A stretch of 52,804 bases of DNA from Ylistrum balloti (Eukaryota). The stretch spans positions 1,178,001-1,230,804 of the forward strand of contig NW_026782145.1 in the NCBI RefSeq assembly GCF_031769215.1. Reading direction: 5' to 3'. Positions 12,601-26,320 of this stretch are shown in pieces; the stretch's first letter is position 1, and each line of letters starts with the position of its first letter. Below the pieces are notes generated by a model, which ran no database searches, was not told the origin of the DNA, and saw only the letters and a program-made list of their open reading frames with translations. Position numbers and translations under genes: made by a program.

Positions 12601-14085
12601 TTTTTTATCAAAGTAAACAGTTTATCTAGAAGAAAGCTGTGCTACCTTTTTAGACAAATTATTTCTGATAACTTTTGAGGGGTTTTTAAAACAAAACACA
12701 TGTTCAAACTATTTACAAATAAAATTCTATATTGACTGCTACAGCACTCTCTGAGCCCGAAATACACAATTCTTTTTTGCATCACTGGCATTAGAAAACT
12801 AAGTAATTTTTATGATTCTTCATTTGAATCTAATAGTATTTTTTTTTATGAAACTAAAATATGTCCACAATTTTTTAGGGTGGAAAGCCATTTTCCATTT
12901 TTCCTCCCAAAGTGCTAATCTATCCAAATCTATGGCATCTTGAAGCGATGTTATGGCCATGTATGTGATAGGATAATCTGCAAATAGTCTGATGGTGGAA
13001 TTTATATCCTCAGCAATGTCATTAATGTAGTATAAAAAAATATTTGGCTCAAGGACCTAGTCTTGGAGGATCCATGATCTTACTGGGGTAAGATTGGATA
13101 TTTCCCCTTCTACTATGACACTCTGGGTTCTACAACTTAGGAAGTTAGATATCCAGGCAATAGTTTTCCCAGTTATTGCATAGCCCTTAAGTTTATGGAT
13201 GAGTAGTGAATGGCTCACTTTGTCGAAGGCCTTACTGAAGTCCATGATAAATACACTTGTTTGTATGCCATCTTCCAGCTTACAAGAGATGTCATCTAGG
13301 AATTGATTATCTGGTTTTCACAAGACCTGGATTGTCTGAATCCATGCTGTTAGGGATATAGAATATTGTTATCAGCATGGTTCATGACGTTACTGACTAA
13401 AATGTGTTCTAGTCATTTACACCAAATACAAGTGAGTGAAATGCAACGATAGTTCTCTGGATTCGTTTTCAGGCCTTTTTTGTACACTTGAGCAATGCTA
13501 GCTGTTCTCCAATCAGATGGAACAACCTGTATCTAATGACCTTTAGAAGATGATGTAGGAATGGGGGAAATTTTGGATGCTCGGCGTGGAGTTCATACTT
13601 CAGTGCCCCTATGCCATTGTAGGATTTTTTATGTTTAATATATGTCCATAATTTTCTCATTGGTTTGTAATCAACTGAGTCTGTAGTGGGGGTGACAATA
13701 CCTTGTATGTATTTCCAATAGGATTGCCTCAGTTGTTTTTGTATATGATGCTTCAAGTATTTGAATTTTTCTTTTATGAATGGATTACCAGGTTTTTTTT
13801 CACATGTTTATAGAGTCTCTTTCTTTTATCTATTAACTTTTTTAAATCATGTGTGTTCCTTTACATTCTTATGTAGGAATTATTTAAATGTTTCCCATAG
13901 CCCTTCAGCTGTTTAAACTTTGTTTGATGACAGGTCTAAAAAGGCCAACAAAGAATTTGTTTCCAGAGGAAACTCGTGTTATTTTTAAGGCACTACATGA
14001 AAATAAAAATGCGATTGTAAAACGTTTTACCTCTCTCCCTTGCAGCTATGATGACGGTTCTCTTATCGTTTGAAATTGTTGCCAT
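9668..14085 (-). CDS. ODF3: Outer dense fiber protein 3-like / CIMAP1 family (sperm-tail PG-rich repeat axonemal protein), 251 aa, 4 exons
   Basis: complement(join(9668..10143,11076..11189,11722..11832,14031..14085)); all GT-AG with matching phase 1. Starts [51 protein letters not shown]. Repeats of SPGPAY, TPSPGAY, APGPGQY and [10 protein letters not shown]; ends [16 protein letters not shown]. Confidence 0.93.
12880..13790 (-). mobile_element. Decayed, internally deleted CR1-type LINE RT fragment in ODF3 intron 1
   Basis: Minus strand: [68 protein letters not shown](Y), [12 protein letters not shown], with stops and frameshifts. Confidence 0.9.
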
Positions 14086-14260
14086 TTTCAGATTCACACT
14101 TCCCGGTTTTCAGACATTAGCAATAGTTTACTTAGCAACGCATCACGTGCTTCAAAGCCACATTCCAAATCACGCGATCCACGAGATTATGATCAAGTGA
14201 CCTACCACTTCCGGGATGAAGTAGGATGAAAACATAGGAAAGAGAAAGACAAATTCTGGT
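14086..14260. promoter_or_regulatory. Candidate bidirectional promoter ODF3(-)/SPG21(+), with a probable non-coding SPG21 exon 1 ending at 14258
   Basis: CpG-richer stretch with X-box-like GTTTACTTAGCAAC 14126-14139, E-box CACGTG 14144-14149, ETS-like ACTTCCGG 14207-14214 and plus-strand donor CTG|GTAGGA at 14259. Confidence 0.55.
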
Positions 14261-15352
14261 AGGAAATGACGATGTCACGAACATATTCAACAAAGATCAG
14301 TTTAATTGCACGTATATCCGTATCTTTTGAGTATGTTCTATGCTAAATCATTCCATGACTTTTGGAGAAAGCAGCAGACTTTTGTGTCAAATTAGCATCT
14401 TTGAGATTGACAGCTGACAGTGACTGATATAAGACGGTTCCAAGCACAGGCGTTCGCTGGCCAGTGGAAGAGAAAAGTTTGTTTACTTTGACACCTGAAG
14501 CAAGCACATAGAATAGGCAGCAAACACACGTATATTGTCTTTTTATGTCCCACTGTGGCAAGAAACATGTACACGTGTTTTTGGTTTTGTACCAAATGAG
14601 ATTTTAAACGGGTTTTCTCAGTCGCCTCATTTGTTTCAACAACACTGAAGAGTCCAGGAAGTACGGACCTTATGCATGGTACAGTTTAATACTTAATTGA
14701 ACTGTATCTTATTTTGATTGAAAGATGGTATGTAGTCAATAGCCCCACCATATACTGATTTCACTGTATTTAGTTATAATTAGTGCCTTATTCATAATTA
14801 AACACTAACATAACAAGTGTTCTAAATGCACTGATGCTTGGGTGTCACACCAGTCTGTCAAAATTTCTGCCAAACATCCATAGTCACGGCCTGTGGAAAC
14901 TTCGGATAATGCATGAAACATGGTGAAAGTACCATGCTGCTATGGAGCTTGGATGCAGGTATTTCTGTATTGGCCATATTTATGGTCCAAGGAGTTCTTC
15001 TGAATTGCCATATTATCAATCCTTTTCTTTTCCAGCCTAATTTCTTCTACAATTGAAACTTTTTTAATGGAAGTTAGATTTATTATTCAGTAAGGTATAC
15101 ATGTAAGTGAGTAGAATTTTCAAGTGATCTAACATAGATTAAGGAAATAAACTGACAGATGATGACAAGGTGAACAATTATTGTCACTGAATTCATGGAT
15201 ACAAGGGACTATCTATTCATTTTCTTGTAGTGTTACTGTTATTGATCACAACACACCTATACACAAAGTCTTTACTTCTCACTTGAATAGAAATGCAGAA
15301 ATTTTAATTTATTTTTACAGTTTGTGATGCTGGACAGAAATTTTTGACAAAG

Positions 15353-18300
15353 ATGAGTGACATAGCCAATTCTGCTGAATACAACAGCTTCAGGGGTACA
15401 GTTCCTATGAAAAAGGTAAAGCATTACCATTTACACTGTGAGCGCCTGTTTTGAAAATATTACTTGAAGTAATTGGTGCTGTTCTTTTGCAAAATGCATA
15501 TACATTGTATATATATAAGATCAACAAATTAGAAAGAAAATTTAAATATCTCATAGAATAATTTGTTTTCACTGTAAGAATTCCCGAACTATTTTATGCG
15601 CATATTATTATGAATTTTGTTGGCTTGAAAGAAAATGGTAGACCTATCTTCAATTGTTTGAGTTGTCTCCTGTTGTCCATCCTTATGAAGTTTCATACAC
15701 ACTTAATTGTGTGGCAATGTTATTCTATGTCTTGATTTAACTTTTGAAGCATTTTCGTTCTTCTCTGGAAAAACAGAAACAATTGAGAAGGCAACCAATT
15801 TCCAACAGTGTTTTATAACTGGAAATGTGTCATTTCCAGTGACACGTTGGTTCTCTCAGTCTTAGAGAGCCAGTCTCTTACACGAATGGATTAATGAAAA
15901 AGTTTTGAAAAATGTATGATAACAATTAAGAAAGGATGTTCAATGAAAAATTTTTATTAAAATATTTGAACAAACTGATACTTGACTAGTCTAGAGCTAG
16001 CTTTTTACGGTGAAATGGCAGCATTCATTGTTCATAATTATGGACAAGAAACAGCCACATTGGGATTTTTATTTATAAAGAAAAATGTTCATATTGTCAG
16101 GTTTTGGTGCTTATATACACATGTGTAATAGGGAGGAATAATGAAAAACTTAAACCTCACAGACACTATACAGCTTTACTAAATAGAAATTGCAGCACAC
16201 TAAGGCTAGTAAGGTGACCTGTATTCTCAACTTTTGCAGACTTAGTATGAAAAGGACTTATCATTTTAACATATACACTATGTATTTAAAGATATACAAT
16301 GCACAAATAAACTTGAAATTGGTGGAATGCTGTTGATCACAAAAGCAGTTTATGACGTTTCTAATCAAGTAAGGAATAAAAAATTGTTATGTTCTCATTC
16401 ACTAATTATGATAACTGATCATCGATGTTGAAATCTCCACCTATTCCCATAGGCTTTAAAAATAATATTCAGCTGATATGTTAGAGTCTACTACAGTAAG
16501 CCTAATTGTACTTGTATTATGTTCATTGTTTATAGCCTAATGACTACACTGCGAGTGTTCACATTGTCCAAACATGCAGATTATGTTTCAGAGTCAGACT
16601 TGAGGTGGCCTGATCAGTTTTTATCTCTTCAATTATACTTTTCTCATCAGGGTAAAACTTGAACCACCATAAACATCATCTGTGTGACCTGTCTCTGATG
16701 AATGTTATTCCACCATCATATTTCTTGTCTTTGGATAACTGAATGAATGAATGAATGAATGAATAAGAAAGATATCCAAGTGTATATGATGAAAAGGGCA
16801 TGTTGACATGTGGTTTTTCAGTTTTCTCTGCCTTTCCATACTAATAATATACCACTTCATGCCTTTATTTCAGCCAATCATACACCATGTCTATAAGTGC
16901 CTTGGCACTTCAATCTTAAGTTAAAAATGAATATTTTGTCTTTATAATGATTGTTTTTTTTTTGTGGCATGATGAGGAGTCTTAACACCATGTTAGATAA
17001 AATTTTAAGTACATACTTATTCTGGCCTCTTGGTCTTTCAGCAGATTATTGAATATAATCATGGTAGAAAAAGATGTCCGGCTTGTTTGCTATCAATTTG
17101 ACTTGCTGGATGATGTTGGCATGAAGTGTTTGCTCTATAGATATATTTTTTTGTATGTTTCAGTTCATTGTAGATGATGATCAAACTAAAGAATGGGCTT
17201 TATATGATGCTGGACCAAAGAGTGTAAGATGTCCAATGATTTGTTTCCCCCCTGCCAGCGGCACTGCCGATGTGTATTTTCGTCAATTGCTAGCTTTGTC
17301 AGCACATGGTTATAGAGTGATAGCTGTAAGTACACAAACCAAGTCAGAATGATAACTGAAATGCCTATATCCTAGATTCAGGATTTACAATGGAGTTCTT
17401 GTCAGATTTAATGGAGTACATATTAATAGTTTTAATGAAATTCCTTGAAAAGAACTTGGGTTCTTCTTCATTTCAATGTTTCAATGCTATGAGGATGGCT
17501 TGAATGTAAACTCAGATTTCTGAAGTACATATTTAGGATTAAGTTGTCAGGTGTGAAATAAATGCAATGTATGTATGGGAAACAATTTTATCACTGTTTA
17601 CTATGTTAATTTGCCTACTTTTAGAAGGAGTTAGTTATTTTTGTGTGGTGGGAGCTATTGTTATTTTAGTTTTCTCTGTCACATATATTACCAAAATATT
17701 GACTTTTGGTTTTATTGACTTATGTAATCAATAAATTTGATTATTATATACATCATATTTTAAGAAATAATTTTGCTTTCATGTTTGTAACAGCTTAAGG
17801 TTTGATTAGAAGATCTGTCAAAGTAATTGATATGTAACTACAGGTAATTGATTTGTAGCTACAGGTAACTTTTATGTAGTAACAGATGACTGAAAAGTAG
17901 TGACAGGTAACTGATATGAAGTAACAGATGACAGAAAAGTAGTGACAGGTAATTATTTTTTTGTTGATTTGTAGGTTGAATATCCAGTGTATTGGACCAT
18001 GAAGGAATTCTGTGATGGATTTAGAAAATTATTGGATCACCTTCAGCTTGATAGGGTAAACATTCTTGTCTTAGCTGTGCAACTTGCATAGGATTAGCTT
18101 AAACAATTACAGTCAAACTTCTAGGAATCAAAGTTTGACGATTAGAATTTCTCAATGTAACCAAGTTTTTGTCCAGTCCCAGATTTTATTCCTATACATA
18201 CTTACCGCCTTATAAATCAAACTTTTCCATATATTGGAAGTTTTTTCACAGACCTTTACCTATGATAACACAGTCACTGACAACTCATGATTCGAACAAA

Positions 18301-21300
18301 ACATTTACCTGCACTGTACAGGTATTTTCACCCAGTGGCAGAATTTCACACATTTTAACAAAGAGTGCTACCTGACAATGGGATTACAATAGCCTGCTTT
18401 CATTAGCTTTGTGTTACAAGGTTAATTAAAGACTTGACACAGATTAAATTTAACAGCGTTCTAACGTCATGATATGTAATCAAAGGTAATAGGACATTGT
18501 GTGATTTTCACCGCTGCCATTGTTGTAATGGCGTTTAGTTAGGTCTAATTTATAGAATTCTGAAAACAACCAGAGGAAATCCTATCACTTGTATGATGAT
18601 TGCACTCATTCCCAAAGTGTCATTTTTCAGTTGTTTATCATAAAAGCATAAGAAACAGTGGTTTATCTGTCAATCATACGTTCTACGATTGATTCAGGCT
18701 TGACATCATCAGAACATCGACAAACACTCTTGTAATTCAATTGAAGATGTGTGATGATAGTACTTTTCATTTTTGGCAGAATACGTTATGAAAATTATTT
18801 GCTCTCTTTTGAATTAAGAAGTGCCTATAATGTTTATATATCAGTCTTAAAATAATTACTGTAACGTATGAAGACTACTTTAATAATTTGCATCATTTCA
18901 CTTTAAATCAACCTGTAAAATGATTATTCTGTGTGGCATGAAGGATCAATTTCTCATTGATTTCTATTTAAAGATAATTTCTTTTTTTTTCCATGAATAA
19001 AAATGTTTTGTTTTCAGATAGAATGCATCTTTTCATTTAAACTTGTGTTTTGATATTTGCTATATATAGCCATGAACATGAAAACATTGATATAACTCAC
19101 CACGCATGATTCCAAGTCTCGATGTATTGAACTTAGAAAAAATCGAAGTTTGACTGCATACTGATAATTATTACAACAATAAGTAAACATCTTATTCCAT
19201 CTGTGGTGATCATTGGATATAAGTACTGTATTGTATTTTGTTTCTGTATAAGACTGAAAGTGACATCAAAGTAGAAGTGTTTTGTTTTATTGATCAGGTA
19301 TATTTTATACACTTCCAGTTACATTTCTATGCTATTCCAATGTTCACATTAGATTTCCAATGTCCAGCTTGACCACTCAGTTAATGTGGGAAACCCCTCT
19401 CAAATATAGCGTTGATAACACTATGTGACAGGTTTTAAAATGCTGCAACATTGAACATCTATCATCACTAATATTAAATAACAATGAAAAATGATTGATT
19501 TTGACAGGTTCATTTATTTGGATCCTCACTTGGTGGATTCCTGGCTCAAAAGTTTACAGAGTTCACGCATCTGTCTCCTAGAGTTGCTTCACTGATTCTA
19601 TGTAATTCTTTTTATGATACATCAATATTTCAACAGACCAATTCAGCTCCCACGTAAGTGTGTATGTATATGATTATAATTAATAGAGACTCTGGTGTTG
19701 TGTATACCAATATTAATGGGAATGGTGAAGTTTGTTTAGATATATACGGATGTACGGATTGTACCAGATGGTTAGGAATCAACAAACATTTTTGGCTGTA
19801 ATGTAATTCTGTGTTCACTAAGCTTAAAAATAATGTGATGAGGTGGTAAACAGATTATAGGGGAAAAAAATTACACAAGATGATAACAATATACTGTAGA
19901 CGATTCGGCTATGCTTCTGTTTAACACCTGATCATAAGTGTGTGAGATTTTCTGGCCCCTCCACTTCCTGTTAAATACTGGCCCACTACAGTTTATTTAG
20001 ATTGCCTTCTTGACCAACCACCTTCATGTAATCAGAGACATATATTGCACATATGTGATATATACGTCTCTGATGTAATCAACACAATGTCACACTCAAA
20101 TCTGGTTGCTGTTATAAGAACTTATAAGAATTACCAGTCTGAAGAAAATGTTCTGAAATGTAATTTTTGACATTGATATAGAAATTAACGCTTAGACTTA
20201 ATATTGATGCCAGTGATACATAAAGCTGTTTATGAAATGTAAAATGCAAAAACGACCTAAACAGAAACATGACAGAGTTTAGATATCCATATTAATATCA
20301 AACTTTAGTGATTATCACTATTTGACTTCATGATTAAAAAATTTCTATATGAAATAGATGTAAATATACATTTCTTTTAAATAGATTCTGGATGATGCCT
20401 GCATTAATTCTGAAGAAAATGGTGATGGGAAACTTTGAGAAGGGTCCATCTGATCCTAGTATATGTGATTCTGTTGACTTCCTAGTTGAGAAGGTAATAA
20501 CTACACATGATACGAGTGCAAGGAATCAAAATAAATATATTACTGTTGTTTTTCTTGGCTTTGAAACTGGTTGAAGTATACATACTTGGGCTTGTCATGA
20601 GAAAATTTTGGCAAAATTAGGTCTTACCTTCAGGTAACATGTGCCATGTATGTAATTGGGAGGTTTGCAATTTTCCCACTTGTTATAAGATGAAGAAAGA
20701 TATTGTTTTATAAGACACTGACATATCAGTTGTAGTCAGTTCCATGCTAACCATGTAATTCAGCTTGGTTACTTTACATATTTTTTCCAGTATGATCTGT
20801 TAACAAAGATAATATACTTGATACCACCGATGATTTTTTGAAATTATTTCTTTTACATTAAGGAACTATAACAATACAGAGACATACAACAAAATGTCTG
20901 ATATGAAATGCATACAAAGATATTAATTTTCTTGATACATAAAACATCAGTTTTATCACTATCATGGACAATTGATTTTGATGATAAATATAGCTCAATA
21001 AATGTCCATTAACTACCATTGGTTAATGGACATAAGAATTCTAGGATTAAGAGTACCCACAAAATCGATGAAAATAAATGCACTGTGATAATTAATGATT
21101 TCACAGAAGCCATCAAAACCTCTCAAAATGTATTGTTGTCTATTTGTATCCATAGCTGGATAACCTGTCTCAGCAGCAGCTAGCTTCTCGTCTGACATTA
21201 AACTGTATGAATTGCTATGTAGAACCGCAGAAGGTGTCACAGGTGCCCATCACCATCTTGGATGTAAGTATAGTTTTGGTAGTAAAGTTGTTAGTTTCAC

Positions 21301-22165
21301 TGGTCAATTTTTAAAAATCAGATAATATATTTGTAATTTGAAAATACATTTGTTATGATATACAGCAATGCATTTGTTTACTGTTTTGAGTTGTTTTAAA
21401 TTTTGTTATGGTCTACAGATGTCTTAAAAGAAGCATGAACCGAGAGAGAAACAGAAATTATGTTATAATGAGAACCATCAAATAATGTTGTCATGTTGTG
21501 TTAGGTCATAGGGACCTTGACCCCAGAATCACTGGTGTAACTATGTATATAGACATTGATCACAGAATAAGATTATGTCAAATTATTGACCCAGAATCAG
21601 ATGTACCAAGGAATTGTTCCATTTGTCTAGTTATAAATGGAATAAAGGGTGAGAGGTTTAAGTGTGAATCTGTTGTAAATAGAATGTGATGAAATTGAAG
21701 TTTTATAAAATTTGAAGTTATATGAAATTTCCATCTAGGTATTTGATGACTGTGCCTTGTCCTTTTCTGCACGAGAGGAAATGTACAAATGTTACCCAGA
21801 TGCCAAAAAAGCCCATCTTAAGTCTGGAGGAAATTTCCCCTACCTAAGTCGATGTGATGAAGTTAACATTTTTATACAAGTAAGAGTATTTGATATTATT
21901 GTTGTTCCAGGGTTTTTTTTTCTGTCATTTCTCACAATTAAGTGATTTAAAAAATCCTTACCGTAACTCTGCATATGCTGATCCAAATAATTTCTAGTTA
22001 CCCTTTGTTTCTTGTCACTTTAATCACTTATTGCTGTCTTCTGTTGATCACTTGGTCCTATATCAAAACCTGTTACAGATTCACCTGAAGCAGTTTCAGG
22101 GAACTCGGTATAATGCCAGTGACAGTGTCCTGCTGACAGAAGAAGATGAATCTTCTAGAGAATAG
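15353..22165 (+). CDS. SPG21: Maspardin (alpha/beta-hydrolase fold), 298 aa, 8 coding exons
   Basis: join(15353..15415,17164..17325,17975..18055,19508..19653,20385..20493,21156..21263,21739..21879,22079..22165), all GT-AG and in frame. [83 protein letters not shown] is collinear with human maspardin as recalled. Confidence 0.98.
16740..16763. repeat. (TGAA)6 microsatellite
   Basis: Read directly from the sequence. Confidence 0.9.
17820..17955. repeat. 21/42-bp tandem repeat just upstream of the SPG21 exon acceptor at 17974
   Basis: ACAG|GTAA recurs with GT at 17844, 17865, 17907 and 17949 (spacings 21, 42, 42). Confidence 0.8.
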
Positions 22166-23589
22166 TTATAAATGGATGTGAACTAATTAGCAGGGACCAA
22201 ATCAATGGATGAATAACAGAGAATGTGCCATTCTTTAATAGAGGCCATGGATGATGTCAGTGCAGTAACAATGTTCATCACTCCTTCAATATATAGAGAC
22301 ATACAGTGATACAAAGATGCCAGGAGTCTATTTGATGTAAATAACTATTTTGAAATAGCTAAATCCCATTTCATACTGTCACAATTAAAACATGGATTTC
22401 ATTTTTTGAACAAACATAGGCGCTTTTCAATTTGGAAGAAACTTGTAGGAATGTGTGAAAGATGTGAAGGGTGTCTAGCAATGTTCTTATCAGCTACTGA
22501 TGTATTAAATAGTGTTTATTTTATATAAATGCTTGAGAAGCCATACCATTAAGTTTTATGTATTGGGTTTGAATATGATTCAACCTTTTATGATGTATTT
22601 GTAGTCACACTTTTATTTGTCAGGGTGAATGTCATTCAACAGATTTAAGTACCATGATATGAGAATCTGAGGAAGACCTTTTTTTATTTCAATACTTAAA
22701 TAATAGCTGTAGATACATTTACTGGATTGGTTCTCTTTTATGTTGCATGTACCAGTTGAAAATGATGTCAGAATATTTTTATATTGAGAGATATGGAATA
22801 TTTCAAGGTTTGTAAATATTAACTAACATGTGTAGATCAAAACCAGAATTTCGTGTAAGGTAATCATCTTTTAATGACAAATAAGTGGAAGTCTGTCGTC
22901 TTTCATTTCCCCTATATCATTCCTCTCCCAGAGTCGTCATCCAAAACCTTATCAAACCTTGTAATAACTGTATATTACTAGTCTGTTGTGAAAGTGATAA
23001 AACAGTGATGTATGATGGGGACCATATAGTTCTCTGTTAATGTATAACTTGTAACGTGTATATCTGACAGGTGTGTCTGGTTTTGCTTGTTTTTGAAGGT
23101 TTGGTCGAAAGTTGTTTGTCAATAAAATAGAAGGGATGGATAAACGGGGTTGATGTGGCAAATCTTATAGTCTTTCAATACTTGCAGGTTTATGGGATCA
23201 TTTGTTAGGGAATTTGACATTAATATGTGTATATTTTCATTATATGCTGACTGAACCTACCACAGACTGTGCTGTAAATGGCCTTGACTCCTGCGAGAGG
23301 CAGTATCTTGATGATAATATTATTGTGAATTTATCCAAATTTTTGAAGTATCTGGTTGTTTCATTCATTAGCAATATAAATCTAAAACAAAACCTGAATT
23401 TCACTTTTAATTGTCAATACGAATAAAGATATATTAAAGTACAAAAATGCTATCTGTTGTTAGTCTCTTAACTTAATTATGACCGTATATAAGTATAATG
23501 TTTTAAGTGTGCATTTGAATTGTATGACGTCTTCTATTAAAGAATGAATCAATGTGTCATCATGAAAGCCCCAGAATATTAAGATGATG

Positions 23590-23905
23590 GCCATTGGTCA
23601 TTCTTTCACATGTTTGTGTTTATTAATTTATATTTTCCATGAAATATACGATATTGGAGCAATGATTGCATATCATGTAAACCTTTCTGAATCGACTCAA
23701 TCAGGTAAAATTTACTCTTTTCATACCAGCATGTAATAATTTTAGAACATATTGAGAAAAATTCCTTGTCGATCGTTGTTTTGGAAAAGATTTTCATAGT
23801 TTTTTTTAATTGAAGCAGCACTATGAAATTTCTTTCATATTGAAGAATACTCGTACCTAAAATTTGTCCATCATTGTTGATCCAATATTGGTTTAAATTG
23901 AACAC
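23590..23905 (-). mobile_element. Possible decayed L1/Tx1 LINE 3' fragment
   Basis: ORF 23606..23905 ends MQSLLQYRIFHGKYKLINTN, similar to the LQSFQYKILHR segment before the C-terminal zinc finger of L1/Tx1 ORF2. Similarity is weak. Confidence 0.35.
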
Positions 23906-26004
23906 TCAATTATGTGTGTTTTTATATACATTTTCTTCTAGTTAGAAATTTTATTATATTTCCAGTGGTGGAAAGATTTACATTCTTCACAAAGAGTTTC
24001 TTTTGCCTTTTGACAGGAAAGGCAGTTTTTCTATGGAATGAGTGTGATGATTCATAACAAAGTAGTTTGCCAACCCCTATTGAGTTTATATATATATATA
24101 TATCATGCATTATCAGTAACTTATAATAGACATATATGGAAAACAGAGCTAAGATTATCCCTACGGTCCAGTCAATTAGTCTCACAGAGTTATGAGATTT
24201 AATAATGCATGCAGAAGTTACTGTTCAATTGCGTTTACCAGATGGTACACCGAAGTAAAGAAAGGCTTACACATTTTGGGGATAAGTGAAATGGATGTGA
24301 CCTCACTATTTTACAACTGCTGTGAATGGCTGTTATTGAATACCCAGGTATTATATTGGGATGTTGAGGCTCTACCAAAACGACGGTTGTAGAAAATATT
24401 TCAATTATCATCATGGCCATATTTGCATTTTCATTGTGGTGCTGTTTCACCTTCTATATTTACATGGTTTCGGGGTCATACTTATCAATATTATACCTGT
24501 TATTTGTATGGTTTAGTCTGTAATGAAAATCTTTTCCATAAGATACATCCTAGTCAAGGTTCAAGTTTGATTTCCACTAAGACTCAAACTTTGGTGCTTT
24601 ATCAATAGAGCTGAAGAGCAGTTTAGTTGAGCCATTTACTGTACATAAAGAATATTACAATGTAAACACAAACACTGTATTGTTATGTACCATTGGTAAA
24701 TTATATTGCATTATTAGCCAAAACCTAGCTTCATATTATGTACAACATTACTGAATAGAAAATGGTACTTTCTTCACTGTTTAATTTTAGTATGCTGTTC
24801 AACTGAACAATAAGCATTTCAAAAGTCACTTTAAGTAAATATGTAAACATTGTACCATTGCTGATTGGATGAATAATTAACAAAAGTGTCATAACTTGTC
24901 ACACTTGGTTGGTGCTGATTTGGCTTTCAAAGATCAAAATAAGATCACGGATATTCTGTATCATCATCTGGATAACATAACACTGGAGAAAACATTGAAA
25001 GCATGCTTAGTTAATTGACTTTAACCAGATTAATAGCACTTGTGATATATAAATTGTATGTACTAGGTATGTTGATGGATGAATGTGGCGTTTACCTCTT
25101 CCTGTTACATATCCCTAATAATATAAATGATTTTATGGAAGCAAACTGAAAAAATGTGTTGCATAATGCAGAAATGGCCCAGTGAAACGTATTTGTATAT
25201 AAGGGATTTGTTAGGTTTATTTGATCTCTATTTTTTTAAAATTTTTTTTGTAGTGTATGTTGCTTTATTGATATGTAACATTTATGCTAATTAGAAAGGA
25301 ATGGGTGTTTTTCATCTTTAACATCAGTCAGGACATAAAACTTTTCAACAGAGGAAAAATATGCTTTCATAATACTCAAAAAAATTCTTAATAAGAATGG
25401 GTCATGAATGGCTGCACAGAAACATATACTGTTTCATCATCTAATTATGAATTCTAGATTTTTATGCTGTAGGAACAAAAAATGGTGAAATAAAATGGAA
25501 AATCTGATTTGAGGTTTTTGTTTCTATTGTGTTCATATGAACAAGGAGTGCAAACAGAATCAGATTATTGGTGAAGATCAGAGGTTCATGGTTCAATGCT
25601 CCCAAACTTTGGAAGTTTATTTCCCGGTAGGCTAAGAAACAGTGTTGTCATGGTATGTAATTTTGGGGAAGAAAACTTTAACCCAGTTTGTGCTGGATGG
25701 CATGCAACAGGCCTCCAGTGTGTTGTTCAGTGAGGTGGCTACCAGCTACTACAGGGAGTCCACTTGCTGTTGACTGAGCAACAAATGCCACAATCAAATA
25801 AATCATACTGTAATTTATAGTTTTATACTGCATGAAGTCCTTTTACTTACTTTTGTGTCATCTTGTGTATTAATAGGCTAATTTTTCTAAGTTTGTACAC
25901 TCTGAGAGGACATAGAAATCACTTTTAACCTTTTCCCAAATTGCATGACGAACCTGTGTAAAAACTTTGAAACTGGTCTTGGGCTTGCTGTTAAGGCCAT
26001 CTGA

Positions 26005-26320
26005 TACGAAGTGACCTATTACAATCACCTTTTGTATATTGTCTTGCATCCATGAACAAATTTTAAAATTTCAATTAAATTTTGCAGCATATACAAGGCA
26101 AAAGGTGAACCCAAAGTGTTAATTATATGGTTTCCACATGCAAGAGGCCTGAAATGTGTGGCAAAAAGGGTAAAATCGTCTAAAATTAAGAAAAAAATAA
26201 AATCTTTACAAGTCCCAGATTTGATACTCTTCATGGATGAAAGTGCTTTACTGTTATTGTGAACTCCATGACCTCAAGGGTCCCTATTTGAAAAAAATCA
26301 AATTGGGTTAGGTTATTAAT
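26005..26320 (+). mobile_element. HINE-like element fragment
   Basis: GTGACCTATT 5' motif at 26011, shared with the 7689 and 32845 elements, followed by a core-repeat-like body (..CATGACCTCAAGGGTCC). Confidence 0.4.

Noticed and set aside
18370-18540. Segment resembling a conserved non-coding or SINE core domain in an SPG21 intron
   Set aside because: An impression only; nothing in the window corroborates it without cross-species alignment.
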